Part shown: piece after piece, positions 33,778 through 43,149 of the stretch
Numbering within the stretch: the first letter of the stretch is position 1
Layout of the letters: every line of letters starts with the position of its first letter
Virus record (IMG/VR): IMGVR_UViG_3300046517_002960
Span: 126,217 to 190,216 of that record
DNA: 64,000 nucleotides
Strand: one strand, 5' to 3'
Origin: a virus
The notes under the pieces: model-generated
Databases searched by the model: none
The model's input: only the letters and a program-made list of their open reading frames with translations
What the model was told of the DNA's origin: nothing
Made by a program: the position numbers and the translations under genes

Positions 33778-33820
33778 GCCCGGCCGCTATCCTGATCGCG
33801 GGATAGCGGCCGGGCCTTTC
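33778..33820 (+). terminator. Intrinsic terminator after rsr
   Basis: 15-bp stem GCCCGGCCGCTATCC/GGATAGCGGCCGGGC followed by CTTTC. Confidence 0.7.
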
Positions 33821-33837
33821 ACGTTCAGGAGACCGAT

Positions 33838-34263
33838 ATGACCGAATGGCCCTGGCACCCGGACCGCGAGCCTGCCCCGCGGCGGCGCACCCGCAGGGAC
33901 CCTGCCCCGCAGCCCGGTCGCTGCCCTGGCCCGCCGCACGCCGGGCATGCCAGCTCGGACTGGACCTGCCCGCTGGACCGGCAGCCGGGCGACCCGCTGA
34001 GCGCCGAGCAGGTCCGGTACCTTCCGGGCACGCCGGAGACCGCCTCCGAGCGAGACCGGCGGCTGCAGCGGCCCGGCCTGCGCGGCGCGAACGTGGACTA
34101 CCCGGACGTCTACCGGCAGGCGTGCGACGCGGCCGTCTACGCCGGCATCGCGGAGGAGGCGCTGAACCTGCTCGGGGAGCTGGACCGGCATCCCGGCAAC
34201 CGGGTGCTCGTCATGCAGCGGGCCGCTGAGCTGCGCCGGGCGCTGGACAGCATGGAAGCCTGA
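33838..34263 (+). CDS. Hypothetical protein
   Basis: AGGAG SD; 141 aa. Confidence 0.65.
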   Translation: MTEWPWHPDREPAPRRRTRRDPAPQPGRCPGPPHAGHASSDWTCPLDRQPGDPLSAEQVRYLPGTPETASERDRRLQRPGLRGANVDYPDVYRQACDAAVYAGIAEEALNLLGELDRHPGNRVLVMQRAAELRRALDSMEA

Positions 34264-34349
34264 GCAAAGGCCCGGCCCCCGTACCATGCCTGCCGTATCC
34301 AGGCACGGGCCGGGGGCCTGACGGAACCTCTCACTAAGGTGTTCCCAGG

Positions 34350-34655
34350 TTAGGTCATCTCGGTGCCGTGCGCGATGCCCAGCCGCTCGTCGGCCAGCCC
34401 GGCCTCCCGCCACGCGAAGCAGGCCGCGCACAGCGGCAGCGCCGCGGCGTGCTCGTATTCCGCCTGGCTGCCGGTGCCGAGCCAGCCGTCGTAGTCCCGG
34501 AACCGGAGGGCAGTCCGGCAGGTCGCCTCGCGCAGGTGCGCCTCCCGCCCGCGGAACCGGTAGATTCGCGTGTAGGCGGGCGGCGTGACGTGCGTGCGGG
34601 CCGGGCTGCTGTACGCGTCAGCGCTCAGGGTGAGCTCGTCGTAGGTGAGCGACAT
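34350..34655 (-). CDS. Hypothetical Cys/His protein
   Basis: AGGAGG SD; AHLREATC..LPLCAAC. Confidence 0.65.
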   Translation of the reverse strand: MSLTYDELTLSADAYSSPARTHVTPPAYTRIYRFRGREAHLREATCRTALRFRDYDGWLGTGSQAEYEHAAALPLCAACFAWREAGLADERLGIAHGTEMT

Positions 34656-35521
34656 GATGGCCTCCTGCCGTCTGGTCTCCTGTACCTGAGTCGTGCGGGG
34701 GCGGCAGCGTGCACCCCCCTGGAACCTGAGTCCCGTATAAGAGGTCCCTGACACGGCCGGATCGTGACCTCACCGGGCGGGAATTCTCCGGCCGGCCGGA
34801 GGATCCCGGAGGATCCCGGACGGCACGCTGCCCCGTCCTGGCTGGAGCGGAGGCCGCGTGCCGCCGGCTGAAACGGAGGGTGAAAGGAGCAAAGCCCTCC
34901 TGGCCGCCGGGCAGAGCGGCCCTCACCCTGATAGACGACGGGAGGGGTACAGGATTCACGACCGGGCCGGAAATTCCTGGCCGGATGTTAAGCGGCCCCG
35001 CGCCGCTCCGACCCGGCTGCGGGGCCTCAGCCCGGACACCGCGAGGCCCGGCCGCATCCCGCAGGCCGGGCCTCGGTGGAGGTGGTCACTGGTACACGCA
35101 CAGGACACCTGGCTGCTCTGGCAGGAACAGCACCGCCAGCGAGTCTACCCGTGCAGCCCCGCACCGCCAGCGGCGGGCGCAGCACGGCCCCGGACCGATG
35201 GCGAACCGGGGCCGTGTGCGTCGCGCTATTTCGACGTCCCCAGCATACCAGGTAATCAGTTGCGTATACCGCGTAGGACTGCGTATGATGGATGCATAAG
35301 CCCCCGGTCCGGCTCTCCGCCGCCAGGCGCCTGGTGACGTGATTCCTGCCGGGGGCACCGCACCCCCGCTCGCTTCGGTGAGCGGGTGCAGGCCCCCGTC
35401 TCGAGCGGGGGCTTTGCGCTGTCGGCAGGCAATCCAGGCTCAGAGGAGGAAAGAGTGCGCGTTCTGCGCGATCTCCTGACGGACCCGTAGGTCTCGTCAG
35501 GAGAGGGGGTGAAACCACCCC

Positions 35522-35707
35522 ATGCCCAAGCGCAAGGAAGGCAAGAAGAACCGCAAGCACAACCGGAACCGTGCCAAGTGCGCCCGGTACGCCGCCCAGC
35601 ACAGGCGGACGAAGAACAACCCGGCGCGCACCCAGCGGAACCCGGAGCGCACCCCGGGCCGCACGCGGAAGATCAGCAACGCGCCGCGTCCCCAGCGGGG
35701 AAGGTGA
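35522..35707 (+). CDS. Extremely basic 61-aa protein
   Basis: MPKRKEGKKNRKHNRNRAKC..; strong GC3; SD upstream. Confidence 0.7.
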   Translation: MPKRKEGKKNRKHNRNRAKCARYAAQHRRTKNNPARTQRNPERTPGRTRKISNAPRPQRGR

Positions 35708-35961
35708 TTCCCGTGAGTACCGCCGTCATCCAGGAGCAGGCCCGGCCGCCGCACCGGGCCTGCTCGCTGTCTAGGCTGAGCTCGTGGTCACGTTCACGTG
35801 CACCGGCCAGGGAGGCGCCGGCACCGCGGTAACCTGGCCCTGGCCACAGAGCGCGTAAGCGAGTCGGACAGCCTCCTCCCGCGGGTGAAACAGGGGCGCG
35901 GCGAGGCGAACCGGGAACCGCCCGGCATCCGCCAGCAGATCACTGGCAGGAGATCCGGGGA

Positions 35962-36021
35962 AGCTCGCAGTAGCTGACCCTGGGAGCCGTTCAGCCCGCA
36001 GTAGCTGCCCCTGGGAGCCGT
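35962..36021. repeat. Two 29-nt direct repeats at 31-nt period
   Basis: agc(t/c)cgcagtagctg(a/c)ccctgggagccgt twice. Confidence 0.85.
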
Positions 36022-36425
36022 GCGCATTCACGGGGCGCGACTGGTCACTGCTGGACACCGCAAGGTCGCTCGCTGTACGGTACTGGTGAGGCCAGCTGCC
36101 AAGAAGGCCCGGTCACCTCCCGGAGCGGCGCAGGTACACGACAGCTGGCTTCGCAAGACATCCGGGGTCATTCAGGTAGAGCACTAGAGGCGATGGCGAT
36201 CGAGCCCCGGTGAAGTCCCGGTGCGGCACAGGCAAGGATGCCGCGGGAACCGGGCACGGGGAGCCTGGAGGGCTTGCACCCCCGAGGGCACCAGACTGGG
36301 AGGCTAACTCCCGTCGCGGCGAGCCGCGGGTCCCGCCCGGGCTCGGCTCGCCCGGCCGGGACACTGGCCCCGGACCACGCTACGGTTACGAGGTGCGTAA
36401 TCCCCGGCGGGGCTCAGGTCGTCGC

Positions 36426-37094
36426 CTAGCGCTCTGATTCCGGGTCCGGCGGGTACTCCCGGGTCATCGCGCCGAGCACCCGGTACAGCGTCGCCTGCGG
36501 GTACAGCGCGGCGATGCGGGCCTCGGCCGCAGCGTGCCAGTCCGGGGACAGGCCGCACTCCGGCAGGTGCAGCGCCCGGATCCGCACCTGCGCGCAGCGG
36601 AACCCGGTCTCGCCGATCAGCGTCTTGCCGGACCCCTCGATTACCCCGGTTACGGGCAGCATCGCGCCCATCGAGTGCCGGGGCGGCATGTCCCAGTACC
36701 CCCAGAACCCGCAGCTGCAGCCGTCGAAGGGCGTGTCAGCCGGGGCATGCTCCGGAGCGCCGCCGGTCAGGTCGCCGATGCAGCGCGCGGTGAGCAGCCC
36801 GGGTCCCCAGGTACCGTGCATGCCGCGCAGCTCCCCGGACTCCCAGTTCCCGCCCGCCGGGCCACCTGGCCGCGGCAGCGCCCACCAGCGGTAGCCGGTG
36901 ACCGAGCCCATCGCGAAGCCCGGCTCCGGTGCCTGACCCCGCCCGGCGAAGCCCGGCTCGCCCTGCCAGGAGCGAGGCAGCGCCTGCGCGCTCTTGCGCT
37001 TCTCGAGCTCCGGCGGCAGCCGGGTCACCGACACGGACAGCATCGGCTGGCCCTCCGCCATCCGCAGGCTCTCCCGGAGCCACCCGCTGCTCAT
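36426..37094 (-). CDS. Conserved actinophage hypothetical protein
   Basis: GYRWW..ARC..H..CSCGFWGY..GVIEGSG..GFRC. Confidence 0.75.
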   Translation of the reverse strand: MSSGWLRESLRMAEGQPMLSVSVTRLPPELEKRKSAQALPRSWQGEPGFAGRGQAPEPGFAMGSVTGYRWWALPRPGGPAGGNWESGELRGMHGTWGPGLLTARCIGDLTGGAPEHAPADTPFDGCSCGFWGYWDMPPRHSMGAMLPVTGVIEGSGKTLIGETGFRCAQVRIRALHLPECGLSPDWHAAAEARIAALYPQATLYRVLGAMTREYPPDPESER

Positions 37095-37213
37095 GCGGGG
37101 ACAGCCTCCCGGTCCGGCGCCGTCACCGGCTCGGGGGACGGCTCCGCGAGCGGGATGTCATCCGGCATCGGCTCGAAAATAATGGTGCGCTTGGTCTCTC
37201 CGATTTTCCCCAC
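37091..37213 (-). CDS. Small acidic Pro-rich peptide (MGKIGETKRTIIFEP..)
   Basis: GAAGGG SD; ATGA coupling to 36426..37094. Confidence 0.55.
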   Translation of the reverse strand: MGKIGETKRTIIFEPMPDDIPLAEPSPEPVTAPDREAVPA

Positions 37214-37570
37214 GATAAATCCCTTCTGACCTGTGGTTTAATCTTACCCGTATAGCTGGCGCTAATCATCTCCGGCGCATTTTTCCCGGTGTCCGCAAAC
37301 TATTCCGCGGGGTAATTGCCGCCGGTATGCCCGGGTAATCCGGGTCAGGCTGACTGGCTGCGGTGCCCGCGGATGCTACGATACGGGCAGTAGCGAAAGG
37401 GGAACACCATGTATGCACACGGAAACAGCTTCGGGTCCAGCGCGGCCTCGGTCCGCGAGCCCGGCGTTGAACGTCCCGGCAACACCTGGCTGTTCACGGC
37501 CAGCCCGGTGCCGGGCAAGCACGCGGTCAGTGACATCTGACCATCGCGCCGGCCGCGTGATAATGGGCGG

Positions 37571-37804
37571 GTGAGCTCCCCGCCTGCCCCGCTGGTCCCG
37601 GCCTGGCTGGATGAGATGCCGCTGGACACCGCGGATCACGTCCGGCACGCCTGGCACATGATCGGCCACCCGGTGATCCGCGGCAGGCTGCGCCAGTTCG
37701 ACGGGCTGTCCCCGGACGAGGCTGCCGCGGTGATCGAGGTGATGCGCCGCCGGATCCGCCGGGCGGCCTGGGAGCACGGCGTGACGCTGTTCGGCGGCGC
37801 CTGA
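37571..37804 (+). CDS. Small helical protein with MPLDTADHVRHAW motif
   Basis: Paralog of 63591..63842. Confidence 0.65.
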   Translation: MSSPPAPLVPAWLDEMPLDTADHVRHAWHMIGHPVIRGRLRQFDGLSPDEAAAVIEVMRRRIRRAAWEHGVTLFGGA

Positions 37805-38093
37805 CCTGGCTCCGGCGTGCCGTTACCGTATCGTGACCTGAAATGGCACGGGGTGACCGCGGGTCGGCGACCTATAGACAGCTAGGAGGCCGGGTACAGG
37901 CGGGTATAACCCGGGAGACAGCAAGTCCCCGGACGCGCGGAAGCCTCAGAACCTCGCGTCCGGGGACCCGGCTGGTCGGCGGGGATGGCGCCGGAGCTAG
38001 CCCCGCCTGGTTGTGAGGGGCCTGCCCGGTGATCGTGAGCAGGCGCCCGGTGTGTGTACCGGTTGCGACCATATCACTGCGCCCCGTGACCTG

Positions 38094-39195
38094 TCACCCC
38101 CCGGGCACGCTGGGTGACTGGCTGCCGGCCTGCCGCGCGAACAGCCCGGCGTAGGCGGCTTCCCACTGCTGCCAGTGGTCCTCGATCAGGTGCCGGCGGG
38201 CCATCTCCCGGGCCGCCTCGCCCATCTTGGCGCGCAGCGCGTCGTCGCCGGCCAGCTCGGACAGGTACTTCAGCCATTCGTGGTCGCGCTTCACCAGGAA
38301 GCCGTCGACCCCGTGGGTGATCACGGCCCGGTACGGCTCGATGTCGCTGGCGACGGTCGGGATCCCGCGGGCGCCGTACTCGATCGCCTTAATTGCCGAT
38401 TTACTTTTCGAAAACGAGGTGGGCCACAGCGGGGCCAGGCCGATGTCGAAGTTGATCCCGGCGAAGTACTTCTCCGGGTGCTTGTAAACCGGCACCCAGC
38501 CGATGTAGGACATCCGGTCGTACGGCACGCCCTCGTCCCCGAAGGTCTCCCGGTAATCCGAGCCGTTCAGCTGCAGGTCCCAGCCCGGAAACCGCTTGAG
38601 GAACCGGTGGACCGGCGATGCCACCTGGCCGATGTCGACGCCATGGCTCGCGCCGCCCTGCCAGCCGACCCGCGGCCGTTTCCGGCCGGGCCGCGGCAGC
38701 CGGGTAGCCCAGCCCGGGACGCAGTTAGGCAGCACGGCAACCCGGTCGTGCCCGGCTACCTCGCGCATTACCCGCGCCAGCGGCTCGGTGGTGACGGTAA
38801 CCAGGTCGGCGGTCTCGGCGGCGTGCTGGGTCGCATCCCGGATCTCCGGGCGGCCGTACAGGTGGTAGGCGTTCCAGTTCTCGGCCGTCACGTTCCACAG
38901 GTCGTCATCGAGCTCGTAGACCAAGCGGCTGAACGGGCCGCGGGCGCGCCGCCACACATGCAGCCCGTCGTGCTTGTTCCACCGCTGCGCCACGATCACG
39001 TCATAGCCCGCCAGGTCGCCCAGGGTGACCGAGACCGGGTGACCGTCATCGCCGGCGTCGGTGAAATGCACCTCGTGCCCGCCGTACCGGGCCAGCGCGT
39101 CCAGGGGTGCTTTCATGCGATACCAAGCCTAAAGCGCACCCCGAGCCGCCATCGTGCCCGGCGAAAATCTTCAAGGGTGCAGGGTTCACCGGCAT
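38094..39195 (-). CDS. GT-B (GT4-like) glycosyltransferase interrupted by a 7-nt TTA-containing gap (39132-39126); about 364 aa when joined
   Basis: GAAGGAG SD; MPVNPAPLKIFAGHDGGSGCA + WYRMKAPL..; DIGLAPL..KSAIKAIEYGARGIP.VASD. Confidence 0.85.
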
Positions 39196-39308
39196 GTTAC
39201 CGCTCCTTCCGCTCTACACATCAACTTGGCATCCCGGATGCCGTGCATCTGCAGCCAGCTGTAGGCACACCCTGAACCGCCATCATGTCCAGCGAAGATT
39301 CTAATCAG
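39186..39308 (-). other. 40-codon ORF beginning with a synonymously recoded copy of the GT N-terminus
   Basis: IRIFAGHDGGSGCAY versus LKIFAGHDGGSGCA; GAGGGAG upstream; start codon CTG or ATT uncertain. Confidence 0.55.
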
Positions 39309-39333
39309 GGGACTCCCTCGCTAAGCTGGCGCC

Positions 39334-39576
39334 ATGAGTGCCATGCCAGGTGATAACAGGGCCAGGGACGCCTACGGCGACTGGTGCGCGCAGATGGGCG
39401 GCGTTGATGCCGATGGCCGGGTACTGCGCCGCTGGGAGCAGCTGAACGGCCAGGAGCGGGCCGCGTGGGAGACCGTGATCGAGAACGCCGGGCTGGCCGC
39501 CGCCCGGGCCGCCGACCGGGTGAACCAGGCGGCGGCCGGGGCGCCGGGCTGGCCGCCGCCCGCGGAACTGCGCTAG
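39334..39576 (+). CDS. Hypothetical protein
   Basis: ARDAYGDW..WEQL..ERAAWE; high GC3. Confidence 0.6.
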   Translation: MSAMPGDNRARDAYGDWCAQMGGVDADGRVLRRWEQLNGQERAAWETVIENAGLAAARAADRVNQAAAGAPGWPPPAELR

Positions 39577-39579
39577 CCC

Positions 39580-39903
39580 TCACGGCCGCTCCCGGTCGGC
39601 CAGCGCGGCCAGCCGCGCCCGCTCGCGCTGCAGGTACCAGATGGCCTTGGCCAGGTCGGTGTCCGCGTCCGCGCCGGGCTTGAGCCCGTGCCGCCAGGCG
39701 TACTTGACGGCGCTGCCGACATTGAACGACATCGCCTCGGTGACGTCGATGCACTCGATCTGCTCGCCGCAGCCGTGGCACTGCGCGCCGAGGCTGCCAT
39801 AGTGCGCCGGGTGGCTGACCTGCTCGCCCTGCCCGGGCTGGCCCGTGTCGTCCGTGACGGACGTGACGGGCTGCAGCATCGTCGCGGGCCGCGGATCGTT
39901 CAT
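39580..39903 (-). CDS. DUF3310-family protein
   Basis: VSHPAHY..IECID..FNVGSAVKY.WR..DLAKAIWYL. Confidence 0.85.
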   Translation of the reverse strand: MNDPRPATMLQPVTSVTDDTGQPGQGEQVSHPAHYGSLGAQCHGCGEQIECIDVTEAMSFNVGSAVKYAWRHGLKPGADADTDLAKAIWYLQRERARLAALADRERP

Positions 39904-40169
39904 GGCCGCAGCAGCGCGTTCGCCGGGGTGGCGACCAGCAGGCCGGACCCGCCGAGGGAGTCGCCCAGCTCACGGATCAGCCCGGCCCAGGCCAGGATGT
40001 CGGCCTTGGGCAGCTGGAGGGTCAGCGTGGTGGTCGGGGTCCGGACGGTGAGCACCCCGAGCGCGCCGCTGACCCCGGTGAACAGCTGGGCCGGGCCGGG
40101 AGCCAGCAGCGTGTTGGCCTCATCGACTACCGGCGGCAGCCCGGCGTCCGGGGCGGCGGGCATGGACAT
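39900..40169 (-). CDS. Hypothetical protein
   Basis: GGAGG SD; LTVRTPTTTLTL. Confidence 0.6.
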   Translation of the reverse strand: MSMPAAPDAGLPPVVDEANTLLAPGPAQLFTGVSGALGVLTVRTPTTTLTLQLPKADILAWAGLIRELGDSLGGSGLLVATPANALLRP

Positions 40170-40182
40170 GATCAGCCTCCGT

Positions 40183-40875
40183 TCACGTAACGGGCCGGGC
40201 AGTAACAGGAGCGCGCCCGGCGCCGGGCTGGCCTTCTGGCACGGGGTCCCAGCCGGGGCCGCGCCAGACCGAGGGCCACGCGTCGCAGGTGTCAGCCTCC
40301 ACCCGGACGTAGCCGATCCCGGCGCGGAGCCAGGCCCAGACCAGCTCCCAGTCCTCGTACGCCCCGCCCGCCCACGCCGCGACCTCCGTGAGCCCCGCCC
40401 GGTGCATGATCATCGGCGTGCCGACGTTACCCAGCGCCAGCTCGCCGTGCCCGACCGACTGGTCGCCGTGCGGGGCGTGCTGGAGCATCCGCGACACAGC
40501 GAACCCCGCCTCCGGGTGAGCGTCCAGCGCGGCGGCCAGCCGGTAGCAGTGATCCGGGCGCAGCGAGTCGTCGTCATCGCAGTAGGTGACGTACTGCCCG
40601 GCCACCAGTCCGAGCCCGGCGTTGCGGACCGCGCCGCCCCAGTGCGGTTCCTCGTCGTGCGCCGGCAGCGCGTGGAACCACAGGTCCTTCCAGCCGTGCA
40701 GCCACGGCATCGACAGGTCCGCGGCCAGCTGCGGGTCCGGGCCGTCGCTGACCACGATGTGCTCCACCCGGGGGTAGCCCTGAGCCTGGACGCTCGGGAT
40801 GCACCGGGCCAGCAGCAGCTGGCGGCGCTGCCAGGTCGGCGTGATCACCGATACCAGCGGCATCTCATCCGTCAC
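40183..40875 (-). CDS. GT2 glycosyltransferase
   Basis: LVSVITPTWQR, HIVVSDG, RNAGL, YCDDDD, EDWELV. Confidence 0.9.
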   Translation of the reverse strand: MTDEMPLVSVITPTWQRRQLLLARCIPSVQAQGYPRVEHIVVSDGPDPQLAADLSMPWLHGWKDLWFHALPAHDEEPHWGGAVRNAGLGLVAGQYVTYCDDDDSLRPDHCYRLAAALDAHPEAGFAVSRMLQHAPHGDQSVGHGELALGNVGTPMIMHRAGLTEVAAWAGGAYEDWELVWAWLRAGIGYVRVEADTCDAWPSVWRGPGWDPVPEGQPGAGRAPVTARPVT

Positions 40876-41029
40876 GGGACCGCCTCCGGGCCGGCTTGAA
40901 GATGCGGACCCGGACCCGCCAGGCCGCGATGTAGAGCGCGTCGTGCCCGCGGAACAGCAGCCGCCACCGGGACCGGTCCGACAGCCAGACCCGGTGCCGC
41001 TGCTTCCCCCAGCTCGCGAGGGTGGTCAT
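40865..41029 (-). CDS. Hypothetical Arg/Trp-rich protein
   Basis: 54 aa, coupled to neighbours. Confidence 0.5.
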   Translation of the reverse strand: MTTLASWGKQRHRVWLSDRSRWRLLFRGHDALYIAAWRVRVRIFKPARRRSRDG

Positions 41030-41289
41030 CCCGTCACCCGCCGCCCGGTGATGACGGGCCGCGCGCCCTCTTGCGCCGGCAGGGCCAGGACCAGCTCCAC
41101 CCGGCGGCCGTCCAGCTCCGGCGGCGCGCCGGCGTCGGTGAACCGGTGCCAGTGCGCCACGGATTCCGTGCCCAGGTAACCCGGCTCCGGGCAGATGCCC
41201 TCGTTCAGCACCAGCCCCTCCGGCAGCAGGTCAGGGTCGAGGTCCGCGGCCAGCGCGTCGGAGACCAGCACCCAGTACGTCGTGGTCAC
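41026..41289 (-). CDS. Hypothetical protein
   Basis: GTGA coupling; YWVLVSD..WHRFTDAGAP. Confidence 0.6.
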   Translation of the reverse strand: MTTTYWVLVSDALAADLDPDLLPEGLVLNEGICPEPGYLGTESVAHWHRFTDAGAPPELDGRRVELVLALPAQEGARPVITGRRVTG

Positions 41290-41603
41290 AGCAGGTCCTC
41301 CGGGGGCAGCGCGTCCAGCCAGACAACCCGCGGCGGCTCGCGGGCGACGTCGCACTGATCATGGTCGTGCGCCCCCCGGCGGTGGCTGCCCGACCAGTGC
41401 GGCCGGCCTGACGCGTCCAGGGCATAGCAGAAGACCCGCGCCACGGGCATGTCGCCGTCGCGGGCGTAGAACTCGGCCCGGTACATCCTGTGCACGGGCA
41501 GGGCGTGCGCCTTCAGCCAGGCGGACCGCTGCCGGGACGGCCCGCGGAACCAGTCAGCATCCGTGGCGTCCCAGACGGCTACCGGGATCACGGTCTCAGC
41601 CAT
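41286..41603 (-). CDS. Hypothetical protein
   Basis: 105 aa, high GC3. Confidence 0.6.
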   Translation of the reverse strand: MAETVIPVAVWDATDADWFRGPSRQRSAWLKAHALPVHRMYRAEFYARDGDMPVARVFCYALDASGRPHWSGSHRRGAHDHDQCDVAREPPRVVWLDALPPEDLL

Positions 41604-41625
41604 GACGGCCCCCAGTACGTGACGC

Positions 41626-41805
41626 TCACGGTGGCTCCCAGGGCCACTCGTCGCACGGCCCGTCGTGGCCGTAGGGCTGCTCGCAGATCGCGGCGTGCCG
41701 CTGCGTCAGGCAGTGCTCGCACCACCGGATGTCCGGGCCGGCCAGGGCGCGCTGCCCGCAGTCCGCGCACCGGATCTCGATCTTCCAGCCGTACGGCACG
41801 CTCAT
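41626..41805 (-). CDS. Zn-finger protein
   Basis: CADC..CEHC..CEQPYGHDGPC. Confidence 0.55.
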   Translation of the reverse strand: MSVPYGWKIEIRCADCGQRALAGPDIRWCEHCLTQRHAAICEQPYGHDGPCDEWPWEPP

Positions 41806-42176
41806 TCCCATAGCCGCCCCGGGCGCTTCGGCTTGACCGGCGGGTGCCAGTTCCCGGTCGCCGGGTCGTGATCCAGCATCCAGCCGACGTCCCCGGTATC
41901 CGGGTCGTACCACCAGTACCGGCCGCACGGCGAGCAGTGCCCGGCGACCGGCGCGTCCTCCATGTCCACGTGCCGCATCGCGTCGCGGTGCACCGGGCAG
42001 AACCCCTCGGCGACCGCGGCGACCTCATGGGCGTACTGCGCCCGGTACGCGGCCAGCCGCTGCTCCACGCCGTCCCCGGCGAGCACGTGCACCGAGCCGG
42101 GCGCCAGCGGCGGCCTGCCGCGGGTGACGCTCTCCGCGCACTGCGGGACCCGCTCAGGCGGGCCGGCGCAGCTCAT
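41802..42176 (-). CDS. Zn-ribbon protein (CPxH..CGRYWW)
   Basis: Paralog of 42173..42409. Confidence 0.6.
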   Translation of the reverse strand: MSCAGPPERVPQCAESVTRGRPPLAPGSVHVLAGDGVEQRLAAYRAQYAHEVAAVAEGFCPVHRDAMRHVDMEDAPVAGHCSPCGRYWWYDPDTGDVGWMLDHDPATGNWHPPVKPKRPGRLWE

Positions 42177-42409
42177 GATGACTCCCCTCGCGACGGCATC
42201 GGCGTCCCGGCGAACGGGGACCGGGCGCTGAACGAGCCGGCCTGGCTGGTGCCGGGGTCGTGCCACCAGTACCGGCCGCAGGCGGCGCAGAGCCCGCCCG
42301 TGCTGTCGTCGCCGGTCCCGGCCCGGCTCAGCGGCGTGCCGTGCGCCGGGCAGGTCCCGGCGGCGAGCGCGGCAGCGATGTCGTCCGCGGGCGGGCGCGC
42401 GGTCACCAT
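42173..42409 (-). CDS. Zn-ribbon protein (CPxH..CGRYWW)
   Basis: Paralog of 41802..42176. Confidence 0.6.
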   Translation of the reverse strand: MVTARPPADDIAAALAAGTCPAHGTPLSRAGTGDDSTGGLCAACGRYWWHDPGTSQAGSFSARSPFAGTPMPSRGESS

Positions 42410-43149
42410 GGCTGCCACCCGGGGATGGCCAGCCCGTTGTTGAAGGCGTCCAGCCGCTCCGCGGTGAACGGGTGCCCGCCCAGCTTGGCGATGTCGGCGT
42501 TGAGGCCGCCGGGCGCGCCGTCGTCCAGGCCCCGGCGCGAGTAGGCGTGCCAGGCGGCCAGGCCGGACCCGGTGAGCGCGAGGCTGCGCGCGTAGGTCTC
42601 GTCGTGCGGCGCCCCGGTGGTGTAATGGTGATGCGGCAGCAGCACGCTGGCCAGGAACTCGTGCCCGCAGGCCAGGCACCAGGCGTACCAGGCGACGTCC
42701 ACGAACATGTGGGCCAGTTCCGGCGGCCCCATGTAGCCCAGGGTCTCGATGACCTCGGTGCGCATGAAGATGTGGCAGGACAGCGAGCCCGGCGCGCGGA
42801 ACGGGTACAGGTCGTTGCCGAACGCGAACGGCTGCCGCTCCAGCGCGGCCAGGATGGCGGTGTCCCAGCCGTCGCTGGAGCAGGTGTTGTCATCGCCCAC
42901 GGTGCCCACCGCGGCGTAGGCGCCCAGGGTCAGCAGGGCCAGGTGGTTGACCCAGGCGGTGACGTAGCGCAGGCCGTCCCGGATGACGTAGCCCGGCCCG
43001 GCGGGATAGCTGTCCCGGCTCGGGTCGTCGGCGTCCAGGCCGATCAGCAGCTGGGTGGGCGCGGTGCAGGTGCGGCGCATGGACTCCCACAGCCGCGCCG
43101 CGCCGGCCGGGCGGCCCCGGGACGGCACCAGCAGCCCGAGCTCGCTCAC
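42403..43149 (-). CDS. GT-A fold glycosyltransferase
   Basis: LLVPSRGRP, LDADD, GDDN, LAHMFVD.AW. Confidence 0.85.
   Translation of the reverse strand: MSELGLLVPSRGRPAGAARLWESMRRTCTAPTQLLIGLDADDPSRDSYPAGPGYVIRDGLRYVTAWVNHLALLTLGAYAAVGTVGDDNTCSSDGWDTAILAALERQPFAFGNDLYPFRAPGSLSCHIFMRTEVIETLGYMGPPELAHMFVDVAWYAWCLACGHEFLASVLLPHHHYTTGAPHDETYARSLALTGSGLAAWHAYSRRGLDDGAPGGLNADIAKLGGHPFTAERLDAFNNGLAIPGWQPW

Noticed and set aside
30959-37840. ATCGTGACC at 30959, 34761 and 37830 as a regulatory motif
   Set aside because: Only three copies, one inside a CDS, and ATC-GTG-ACC is a common codon string; not enough above chance.
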